This document shows, in pieces, positions 1 through 10,818 of a stretch of DNA of 64,000 nucleotides. A program made the position numbers and the translations under genes. The DNA lies in assembly GCA_951406725.2 (NCBI GenBank), contig OX597818.1, positions 24,738,001 through 24,802,000 on the forward strand, in the 5' to 3' direction. Below the pieces are notes generated by a model. The model saw only the letters and a program-made list of their open reading frames with translations, was not told the DNA's origin and did not search any database. This stretch comes from Octopus vulgaris. Taxonomy: Eukaryota. How positions within the stretch are numbered: the first letter of the stretch is position 1; each line of letters opens with the position of its first letter.

Positions 1-9
1 CCCAAACAA

Positions 10-520
10 TACATTTTTAAAATTTAACAACCCTAACTCTCCCCACCCCAATTTTTTAATTTTGAACTTTTTTGAATTTTTTTTTTAAATCCACATAGAA
101 AAATAGAGATTACAAATCTTTAAGAATTTTTTTTCTTAAGGAAACATTCAAATCTCTTTCCCCAACCTCCACCCATCACCTCCGAATGTTTCACTTTTAG
201 CCTTTTAGAAAGTAGAGAAGTTTTTTCAGAAATAATGTTGTTTGTCTGTTTCTAGCTTGTCAGGTTTTCTGGTGGTGGTCTGACATTTTTGATGTCTACT
301 ATTTCAGTAGAATTCTAAGTGAAACATTCTGAGTTTTTAGTTTTTTGAAAGCAGGGAGGTGATGGGTGTGTAAATGGGGAGAAGCATTGAGTGTTTCTTT
401 TAAAAAAAAGAAATTCCCAAATTCGTAATTTCTGTATTTTTCTATATGAATTTTAAAAAAAAATTCAATAAAGTTAAAAATTGAGATGAGGGTGGGGAAA
501 TAAAAATTTTGAAAATGTGA
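10..520. repeat. Diverged inverted repeat (arms about 10-183 and 356-520)
   Basis: acccatcacctcc versus ggaggtgatgggt, ccccaccc versus gggtgggg, with matching T-rich and A-rich blocks between. Confidence 0.7.
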
Positions 521-2584
521 CTTTTGGGTGGAATTGTATTCTATATTGAAAACATAGAAATCCAAAGAAATTTTTAGGACTGAAATTACTAGGACGAGTG
601 AATTCCTAGTCCCTTCACATCCATCCCTTTTAGTCACCTCTTATGCCAAGCATTCTACCAATTCCCTCCTCCATTGCAGGGGGTTTGCTAGTTAACCCAT
701 AGCTTGGACCCTTACAGGTGAGAATAATCGTGGTTCCATACTCCTCAAACCCTGGAACCAGAGCCCCAGGTTCCCACTACTGCATGTAGTTTATAGTCCT
801 ACCCATAATCAATGTCTATAAAGCTGAAATGCGTAAAACCCAGATTTTGACAAGTGTTTTTCGTTTCTCTCTTTCGGATATCACTCTGTCTTCCTTGATC
901 TCTCTCTTTCCTTCCCTCTGATTTTCATCAATATCTATAAAGCTGAAATGCGAAAAAGTTGTTTGATTTCTTGGTTGTTTGTCTCATTTTGGGATGGGAA
1001 CAGTTTAAGGGGCGGTAGATGGGGTCGGATTGGCGCCAAAATTTACACTGGGGGGTAAAATGGGGTGGGCAATGGTGTGAGGAGGGTTGGGAAAAATTGA
1101 GTTTTATGGGATAGACAGGTTGTGCTGTTTGAGTAATGGTGGCTTTTTGTGTTGCTGCAGGGGCTAGAGGCAGTTATCTTTAATTATGGGTGTAAAAATT
1201 TGGTGGATTTTGGAAAGTGGGATAAAATTTTTCAACTTTTAAAAAAGAGTACATTTTTGCCCTATTTTTAGACTTAATTTTTTTCTGTTTGCATTATTTG
1301 GTTTACATGGGTAAAAATGGCATTGTCTTAAAGGCCAAAATTTTAGCTTTCATTTGCATCATGAATCATCAAACTATACCAGAAAAAAAAAAATCAAATT
1401 TCACAAAATTTTAAGTAATTTTGAATTATTTTTGTGATTTTATGTGCACGCATAAGTGAAAGCAAGGGAGAGTCTGACAGAAAGGAAGAGTACGAGAATG
1501 GGAAAGTGAGAGAGAAACAAAGAGGGAGAATGTGGCGATAAGAAACAGAAAGTAACAACCACACCCGTGCGTAGAGCGGATCACCTTAAACTAGTCTAGA
1601 ATATAATTCCCATTATGTGTGTGAGTCTATGTAAAAGATTATAACAGCCATATTTTTCAACTGATTTTCTCCAAACTGGGAACATACATTACTTGTGTTC
1701 CAGGGATGGTTTTAGACTCTTAAAATTTTTCACATAATGAGTAATAGGCCCCCTGGGGGCAGAAAATACCCATTCCTAGGTTACATGGAGCAGGGAGGTA
1801 AGTCTTTGCAAAGTAACTTTCAGAAATTGATTATCTCCCTTACATTCATTGGTCAAAAATTATCACAATCTCATCTGATATATAAAATAGAGATGTGTGT
1901 GTATTTGCTTATCATGTGAAAACAGCTTCACCAATTGCTTCCATACTTGTGATGCATGAATAATTTGACATTGGATACATGTTAGGCTCTTCATTTGATT
2001 TTCTTATTAAAAATACAAAATATTGCTTTTTATATTAGAAAGTTTTTTAAAATATTTACTTCAGGTTTTCTAGTGTCAGTGATATCTGTATCTCTCTATT
2101 TCTCTGTATCTATCTATATCTATCTTATTTGTCTAACTAGCTAGCTCTTTCTCTTGCCCCCTCTATATCTCACTCTATTGTTTTCACTGTAAGTTGTCAA
2201 TCTTTATTTACAAACGACAAATTACTGACAGAAAGAAATTCACAATTACTGACGAAAGTAATTCCATACACAATTTACTGACAGAAGTAACTTCAAGAAT
2301 TTCACTTTAATCCATACACTAAGTTAATTTCCCTAAAAAATTTCTTATTTATTTTTGTAACAGTTTTTCTGTTGTTAACAGATTTTTTCTGGTTCCTTTG
2401 ATACTGGTTCTTTGGTTCACTGACAAATTTCACTTCAACCCATGTAATTCTTTATTTTCTGTAAAAATTTCTTATTTACTTTCTGCCTGTCATATTAAGA
2501 AATATAATTTCTGTTACCCAGTTATTGTCATTGTTTACTATCTTCTGCACCCATGTTAGAAGGAAAGTGACAAATTTGTCTACA

Positions 2585-3180
2585 ATGTCAAGGTCAGCCA
2601 AAAGAATATCTCTGTCCAGGGAAAGAGAGAGAGCTGCAGAAAGGGAAGCATATCAAGAAAGGAACAGACTGTGTACTACAAAAGCCAGAGTATCTCATAG
2701 TGATGAACAGAGGTATGCACAGCTGACAAGGAATAGGATCTCTACTGCAGAACGAAGTGCAGTTGCAACAGCTCAGTGAAGCAACTTCTATGAAGCAGCT
2801 TTCAATTAAGATTCCGCAGTTCGTTATGCAGATGACACTAGAGTTTCCATTGGTGCAATGACAACTGAGTGCCTACATTGTAAAGCAAGGAATTGGGCTG
2901 GAGAGACACCTGCACTGTGCTGCAGTGGTGGAAAGGTTAAACTCCCTGCAATCCCCCAACCTTCAGAGCCATTGAAGAAACTGTTGTCATCTACTGACTA
3001 AGATTCCAAGCACTTCCAAAACAAAATTAGACAATACAACACTGCACTACAGCTGACATCATTTGGAGCCACAAGAGATTTAACTGAGCCAGGATTCATG
3101 CAAACTTTCAAGATCGAAGGTCAGATTTATCATCGGATTGGCTCTCTACTGCCTCTGTCAAATGAATCACCAAAATTGGT
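2585..3180 (+). mobile_element. Helitron RepHel N-terminal coding remnant
   Basis: CLHCKARNWAGETPALCCSGGKVKLP...HFQNKIRQYNTALQLTSFGA...FKIEGQIYHRIGSLLP is the typical Helitron N-terminal signature; contains in-frame stops. Confidence 0.9.
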
Positions 3181-4296
3181 CTTTCATTGTTTATAGTCTA
3201 TACCTGCTTTTTTTTTTGGTTACGAAATAAGCTACACCAAACGTTTTTGAATTACGTGTATTTACTTTATATACATATGTGAGTTGAAAACTTACTTTCA
3301 ACATTTCACTTAATGTGTATGTTCCATGCTGGCATGGGTTGGAGACCTGTGTAATTTAGATGGTGATTTTAAATTTTATTATTCTCTTTAACCCTGGTAA
3401 TGCCTGGTATTTCTGCTAGTTTATATCTATTATAATAATAAACTTGTTTGTAAGTTTGTCCAAAATCCTGCAATAAGGAGGTAGTAATGTCAGTAAGAGT
3501 AAAAATAGAGAAGAGACAAAATAATAATAACAATGAGAGAGGAGGTGGTATCAAACAGCACCTCTTGTACTCTCTCTCAACAAAAATCTTTTCACTCTTT
3601 TTGCATTCTTTCTCTCTTTTTCCTTTTCCTTCTTTTTCTCCTCTTTGAGTTATATTTAGAATACAGAATGCACTGTCTCTGCTTTTCTTTCAAACATTCA
3701 ATTTTGGGGAGAATTTTTGATGGAATGTAGTTTGGTTTTTTTTTTTTTAAGAGGTCACCATCCTTAAATCCATTCCAATACAATGGATACATGAATAAAT
3801 GAATGGTGACTAGGAAGGGGATCCCCCTTGCCCTCCTCTCTACCTATCTATCAAACTACCTACCCACCTATCTTTCTATCTATCTTCATTTTCATGGAAC
3901 CTCACCCAAAGAAAAAACAAAACAATGTTCTCCTCTTCTAAACAAAACCCCCCAAAATCATATTTTATATAAATGAACAAGCTGTTTGTACATTCACAAA
4001 ATTCTATTTGACAAGTTCCAGAAAGAAACCAAAGTGCTAATAATAATGAAGAAATAAGATTTTTTTCCAAAATTCTGGCGACCTTATTTCTCAATATATA
4101 TGTATGTATGTATGTATGTGCATATATGTGTGTGTGTGTTTGTACCCCCACCATTGCTTGACAACCGATAAGTATTGGGCTTACGAAGCATAAATCCTGG
4201 GTCGATTTCACTAAAGGCGGTGCTCCAGCATATCTGTAGTCACATGACAGAAAAATGTAAATAAAAAACCATGCCATTCTAATCCTATCTCTGCTA

Positions 4297-4334
<38 letters not shown>

Positions 4335-4376
4335 CATTTCTAAATTTCTCAGAGAGATTTATACAGTAGCAGCATG

Positions 4377-4732
4377 ATAAAGTGATGGAAAGTTGCCAGC
4401 TTAATGTGGCAGTCCTATGAAAGGGAAGAATGCTACTGCTATTTAGCTTTAGAAAACACCGTTCCCAGTTGGCCACGACACATTCTCTGCGTCCTTATGT
4501 TTTCAAAGGCGAAAAAGCATTGACAGCTTGCAAGCCATGCTACTTCAGACTGATGATGTCTCTGGATGCTGGCTTTGCTGAGTGGAGGTGCTTATCTCCC
4601 TTTTGAAAACATAAGGACACAGAAAATGTGTCATGACCAACTGGGAACAGTGTTTCCTAGGGCTAAATAAAAGTAGCATTCTTCCCTTTCATGGGACTGC
4701 CACATTAAGCTGGCAACATACCATCACTTTAT
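4377..4732 (+). mobile_element. Palindromic non-autonomous element with ~145-bp inverted arms and an internally deleted hammerhead motif
   Basis: Ends ataaagtgatgg...ccatcactttat; arms about 4377-4520 and 4589-4732; centre contains tcagaCTGATGAt..GTCtctgg. Confidence 0.8.
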
Positions 4733-5201
4733 ATATATAAAATTGAGAATGTGTCTGTATATGTGAATCCCTAAAACTCGAGGACTACCCAATCGATTTC
4801 ATTCAAATTTTACACATGCATTACTTAGGGTCCATGGAAGGTCATGGGCCAAAAAATTTTCAACTTCTTGCCTAATGCAGACCCTGAGCAATTTTTTAGA
4901 CTGGTTTGGTATTATGTGTCAAAAGTGAATATTGTTTCACTTTTAATTCTATTGTGACAACACTAAGTTCAAGTTATATAAAAATACACAGTTACCATAA
5001 ACATAATTTTAAAAAAAGTCAAATAGATAAAATAAATTAAGTAAACAAAACAATTACAATGGTCATAAAATGTTCTTATACATCTCCAATAATTTTAATC
5101 TAAAATAATCTCTGCCCAGTTCATTATATAATAAGCTCTATATAATATGTTAAGAATTTATAGTGGAGTAGGAAATATATTTTATTTAAAATTTCTATAT
5201 A

Positions 5202-5561
5202 CTATGATGAAAAAAATAAATAAGGATATATTTTATTCAGACACTAAATTCATTAATAAAAAAAAAACTTTAATCAACAATTCATTCATTCAAAAATTTC
5301 TACTAAATATGCTGACATTAAACAAATGTATAAAGTTACAATTATTATAAATTATACTATTTCATCATCATCATCATCATCATCGTTGATGATGATGATG
5401 AAATAGTTTAGTTTATAATAATCATAACTTTATACATTTGTTTAATGTCGGAATATTTAGTAGAAACTTTTGAATGAATGAATTGTTGATTAAAAGTTTT
5501 TTTTTATTAATGAATTTAGTGTCTGAATAAAATATATCCTTATTTATTTTTTTCATCATAG
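5202..5561. repeat. 360-bp near-perfect palindrome
   Basis: ctatgatgaaaaaaataaataaggatata...tatatccttatttatttttttcatcatag, with (CAT)n-CGTT-(GAT)n at the centre. Confidence 0.95.
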
Positions 5562-7464
5562 GTTAATAATATATAAATAAAATATCAGAATTTTATTTAG
5601 TTTAGAGTAAGCCAATAGTTTTATTATTTTATAATTTTTGTTTGTATACAAATTTGAAAGAACATAAAATAAGGATATGTACTAAATATTATAGGATCTA
5701 CAAAAATATTCATATATGCACTAAGCAGTTTGCTGGTGTGTTAACACTTCTGCCAGCCCACTGCCTTTAGTGGAAAATATTACCCACAATAGACTAGTCT
5801 ATGGCCTAGTAACTACTCCACACCTTCAGTATACACAATGGAATTCTATCGTCCTTGCCACTGAACTGGTGTCTTCTAAATTTATGCACTGATTCCATAT
5901 TTATGCATATCTATTACATACTTAATTTGTTATAAATTATAACTGTTGACACTGTACACTAACTACTTAGATAAGCTGTTACTTGATTCATACATCAATT
6001 ACAAAGGACACTGTTACTTAAATTTCTTACATAATTGAATGACTCATCATAACTTGAGTAACCTTTACTGCTGCTCACACAAATATTATACCAAGGGACA
6101 TTATACTGATAATTTATAGTGAGTTATGCTCCTTGTGCTACATATATAAGAATATCATCTGAAATTTATCAAGAACAGCTGTATTGGAGAATATCTGGTA
6201 AATGAATGTTCATATGGTTTGCGTTTAATGCTTCTGTATCACATGCGTACTATATAAAAAAAGATTATATATGTGTGTGTGTGTGTATATGGATATAAAG
6301 GTATGGCTTTGTAGGTAAGAAATTTGTTTTGCAGCCATATGGTTTTTTTAGTTCACCCCCATTCTTCTACATCAATGTTATAGTAGAAGTGCTTTCTATT
6401 ATAACCTTGAGCTAACCAAAGCTTTGCAAGTGGAAATGGTGGATAGACACTGAAAGACGTCCACTCCATATCTGTGTTTGTGTCTCTTTGTATTGTCATC
6501 ACACTTTAATTATAAAGCAATGTTATTTGCTATCATCTATGAAAACATGTCTGGCCATTGTGCTGTCCCTATTGGAAAGACTAGAAAAACATTATCTTTC
6601 TTGGAAACAGATAAAGGCTGGTTGTAGAAAATTTGCCTTAACAAATTTCGCCTGGCCTGTGAAAACATGGAAGAGAGGACATTAAAATGATGGTGTATAT
6701 ATGTTGTATCTTGTACCTTTTACTTGTTTCTGTCATTGGACTGCTGCCATACAGTAGCACTACCTTGAAGGGTTTAGTCAAACAAATCGACTCCAGTATT
6801 TTTTTTTGTTGAATCAGTAAGTTACAGGGATGTAAGCAAACCAACACTGGTTGTCAAGTGGTGTATGTATATATGTGTGTGTCTGTGTGTATATATGTGT
6901 GTGTGTATGTATATATGTGTGTGTGTGTATGTATATATATCTATATATATATACATACACACATATATATATATATATATAGCTACACACACATGATGCA
7001 CTCCTTTAAATTTCTGTCTACTGAATCCTCTCACAAGGCTTTGGTTGGCCTGGGGTTGTAGTAGAGGACACTTGCTCAAACTGAAACAATGTGGGTGGGA
7101 CGCAAGCTTCTTACCACACAACTATGCTGCACTTATATGAGATGCAGTTATGTATTTGTGCGTATATATACACACACACACAGCCTTTGTATTTAGATTT
7201 CATTCATATGTGTAAGAATATTCCCACTAACTTTTAGTAATCATTGTTCTCAAAAATCTTACGCTGTGAAAAATTTTTCATGTGACAAAACTATGTGCTC
7301 ACTGAATGGATAAGTATAATCATTAATTACTACACAAACCTGTGCACCAGTTGAAAAATGTGTATGCACACATAAACACACATGCACAGCTTAGAAGTAA
7401 TAGTGATGTGCATGCCCCACAATATATGCATATTGTTTTTTAATGAAAATAAAATAATAATAAC

Positions 7465-7870
7465 GTGATGGTATGTTGTCAACTTAATGTGACAGTCCCA
7501 TGAAAGAGAAGAATGCTACTTTTATTTAGCCCTAGGAAACACCATTTCCTGTTGGTCTTGACACATTTCCTGTGTCCTTATGTTTTCAAAGGAGAGATAA
7601 GCACCTCCACCTGGCAAAGCCAGCACCCATAGACTAGTTTCAGAGTCATTGCTCATCATCAGTCTGGAGTAGCATGGCTTGCTAGCTGTCGATGCCTATT
7701 CGCCTTTGAAAACATATATTTCAAGTGAAATATATTCACTGATTTTGAAAATAGAAATAATACATTTCTAAATCTCTGAGAGAGATTTATACAGTAGCAG
7801 CATGATGCTAGCTTTGCTGGGTGAAGGTTCTTATCTCCCCTTTGAAAACATAAGGACAGAGGAACGCCAG
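7465..7870 (-). mobile_element. Second, rearranged copy of the same palindromic element
   Basis: 7465-7715 is the reverse complement of about 4495-4730. Segments 7762-7806 and 7807-7860 match 4334-4377 and about 4567-4622. Confidence 0.8.
7619..7673 (-). ncRNA. Minimal type I hammerhead ribozyme motif (degenerate)
   Basis: Minus strand reads GCTACTCCAGA-CTGATGA-TGAG CAATGA CTCT-GAAA-CTAG-TC^TATGGGTGCTGGC: full core, a GAG/CTC stem II, a palindromic stem III, a GUC triplet, and stem I with one mismatch. Confidence 0.65.
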
Positions 7871-8263
7871 GCATTTATGTTACCAGAATAAACAAACATG
7901 TAACTCATTCACAAAAATGTGTTGATTGTAATACTACTTTGATGAATAAAATTTCTGCATTGTTGAAATATATTGGAATATTATAATTTTGGCCTTGTAC
8001 CAAAATTTGAAACCAATATTATGTTATAATTTATTATGTTATAATTTATTATGATAATAAACTATTATTAAAGTGGTGAAGGTAGTAAGATGGCAGAATT
8101 GTCTGAGTGTCAGAAAAGATGCTTTATGGTTATGTTATTTGTTCCAACCCTAAACACTGAATTCAAATCCTGCCAAAGAAGTACCGAGAAACTTTTTTTG
8201 GAGGGCTGAACAATTATGCCAGCTCACCACCTTAATAATAATAATGATAATAATAATAATAAT

Positions 8264-8674
8264 AGTTGAGCATGTCCCTTAGTGGCTGACGATATGTGCA
8301 TCTCTGATCACGAGCAGAAGTAGTGGGGGAGCATCATAGCCATGTGTTGAGAGGAATTCTTTGGGGTTTGAATAGTTCACCTCTGGAAACATGGGTGGTT
8401 CTTTCAACATCCTTAAACAACCCTTATTCAGGGACCTTTTGAGCGGGATGGGCTACTCAACCTGAAGAAAATTCTAACTGTGCCCCACCTGCAAGGTCAT
8501 GGGCTGTTTATCTTGATATGAGATCACCATGTCGCGCACATATGGTTGTGATGCATGTGCCTGGTGTACCCTTATCAGACGGGTAGTCATGATGGGTATA
8601 TTGGGCTTCGTATATTTTACCCCAGTGTCACTTTGATGGCATGCACTGCTCTCTCACTCAATAATAATAATAAT
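8264..8674 (+). mobile_element. Probable 5'-truncated retroposon 3' end with (AAT)n tail, inserted in an (AAT)n tract
   Basis: A GC-richer ~400-bp block flanked by (AAT)n on both sides; no ORF. Confidence 0.5.
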
Positions 8675-10414
8675 AGTAGTAGTAGTGGTTTCGACTTATA
8701 GCACCAGGCCAGCAGTTTTGAGGGGATGGGTCTTAGTCAATAACCTCAATCCCTAGTACTTTATATTATTGACCCTATTGAAATAATAATTTTTAACATC
8801 AGCGCATGGCTACAAATTTGGTGCAAAGTTTAAATCAACACCAATACTTCATTGATGCCTTACTTTATCAACCCCAAGATAATGAAAGGTGGGATTTGAA
8901 CTTGGAAAATAAAAAAACTATATACAGCAAAGCATTTTGTCTGATACTCTAACAATTCTATCAATCTATAAATCTTCTTTTGTAACTAGGTGGTTTATTT
9001 ATTTTTGAGTGTATAAGTCAATTTGCAAAAGCATCTTTTCTCTAATCATGTGTTTCCTTGGAGTTGAGTGCTTGTGCTTTTTATGACAGTTTCAAAACTG
9101 AAACTTCATTTTGCACTCTTTGAATGGAAACATAGTAGTGGGCATGGTAGGAAACATGGCAGTGAGCACCACTTTTTGAGCGCTGCTAGAAAACAATGAC
9201 TTTACATAAATTCAGATTGCCAAATATTACTGCAATTAACTGATGCTTCACAACCTGTTTTGTTCAGCATTTTAACCAGATGACTTTTGTTTAGACTTTT
9301 ATGACAACAACAATAGAAATTAAATTCTTGTGAAACTGTTTTTTCAGTAATAATTTATTGGGTGACATGGCTTGGTTTAATGTTTCATTGTAAGCATGCT
9401 CTTTATTAACTACTAAACAAAGAATAATTTTTTTGAAGGTTATAAATTGAAGTCAGTTACTTGAAATATTTAGAATTCAACTATTTTCAGCTAAGGCACA
9501 ACCTTACTTTTAAAGATGGCAAAAACTGATTGTCAGCAAAATCTTATTGTCCAATAATGGAATAAAATCTGTCTTGTGTTTTTAATAGTAAATTGCAGTT
9601 TGTCAATAAAATTACCATAAAGGCATGATTCCTGAGAATACATTCAAAGTAGGTTGATTTAATGTGATATGCATTTAGGATTTCTGCTTGTGATTAATAC
9701 AGTTGATGCTTAACATTAATTGGATAATGTCAAAGTGGTTGACATTTGTAACTGAGTGATATTTAACTGAATGATGTGTGATGTTTAGTGTAACAGGATG
9801 ATGTTAACATTGGTTCATATTAAGGATACTTGAGTGCGGTTTAATGATGAAGTTGAATGGAGCTGAATATTTTTCATTTCTATTAGCTATTTTTTTTATT
9901 GAAACCAAAACTAAAGCTTATAACTACTATCATCATTGTAACATTCACTTTTCCATGCTTGCATGGGCAGATGGAATTTACAGAGGCAGATTTTGTACAG
10001 CCAGATGCCTTCCTATCATCACCTGCTTCCTGGCAAGGAAATATTTCCCTATAGCCAGACATGTGTTTCATGGAAGACTGGTTTACAACATCACATGATG
10101 TCATTGCATGGGTGCACGCACATCTATTTATACAAGCTCGTTTCAGCTCCTGTCAACCAGATCCACTCACAAGGCTTGTCAACCTGGGGTTATAATAGAA
10201 GACACTTTCCCCAGCTGCTGCACTGTGAAACTGAACCAAAGACCATGTGGTTGGGGAGCAAGTTTTTTAACTACAGCCACTCCTGCACTTATGTCCAGGG
10301 ATTTATCAATTTCAACTTAATTGAAATTCAGTTTAATTTGCATTTTATTTTCTTCTCCTTGTTTTGCTATTTATCAATTATTTCATTATATTATGTTTCT
10401 TTTTTATGTTGTAG

Positions 10415-10818
10415 CCTTGAAGTGCTGTATATTGGAGGTAACCAGTTAACTGAGATACCTGCTGAAGTTGGATGTCTCACTAAACTTAACACACTTGCAC
10501 TCTGTGATAACAAAATACATACTCTGCCTCGAAGTCTTGGTCAGCTGCATAAATTAAGGACTCTCAGCCTCCACAACAATCGAATTTCTATGCTACCTCA
10601 AGAGATAGTTTCTCTCAATTTAATTGAACTTAGTCTACGAAATAATCCTCTTGTTGTTCGTTTTGTGAAAGATCTAGTTTGCGATCCTCCTTCCTTATTG
10701 GAGCTAGCAGGAAGGTCAATAAAAGTTGAAAAAATTAAATATGATGTAGGTGATATGCCCCAAAACCTTCACCAATACCTTGAATCTGCTAAAAGATGTG
10801 TTAACCCAAAATGTAAAG
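10415..10818 (+). CDS. LRRC58: LRRC58 (leucine-rich repeat-containing protein 58), penultimate coding exon
   Basis: Pyrimidine tract and ag acceptor at 10413-10414; gtaagt donor at 10819. Encodes LRRs (LEVLYIGGNQLTEIPAEVGCLTKLNTLALCDNKIHTLP...LRTLSLHNNRISMLP...LIELSLRNNPL), then PPSLLELAGRSIK and CVNPKCKG, matching LRRC58. Its phase-1 end fits the next exon. Confidence 0.93.

Larger units (their letters stand above)
660..4960 (+). mobile_element. Cluster of non-autonomous Helitron termini
   Basis: CTAG|T 3' ends, mostly preceded by a hairpin, near 690, 1594, 3419 and 4297. TC/TATA-type 5' starts near 815, 934, 1595, 3426 and 4733. Confidence 0.6.

Noticed and set aside
6822-7121. ORFs rich in YI/HT/VC runs (also 28052-28669, 31383-31598, 47883-48173)
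   Set aside because: Translations of (TA)n and (CA)n microsatellites.
9963-10414. N-terminal half of the 295-aa ORF 9963-10850
   Set aside because: Intronic repeat sequence that happens to be open; LRR homology starts only after the acceptor at 10414.
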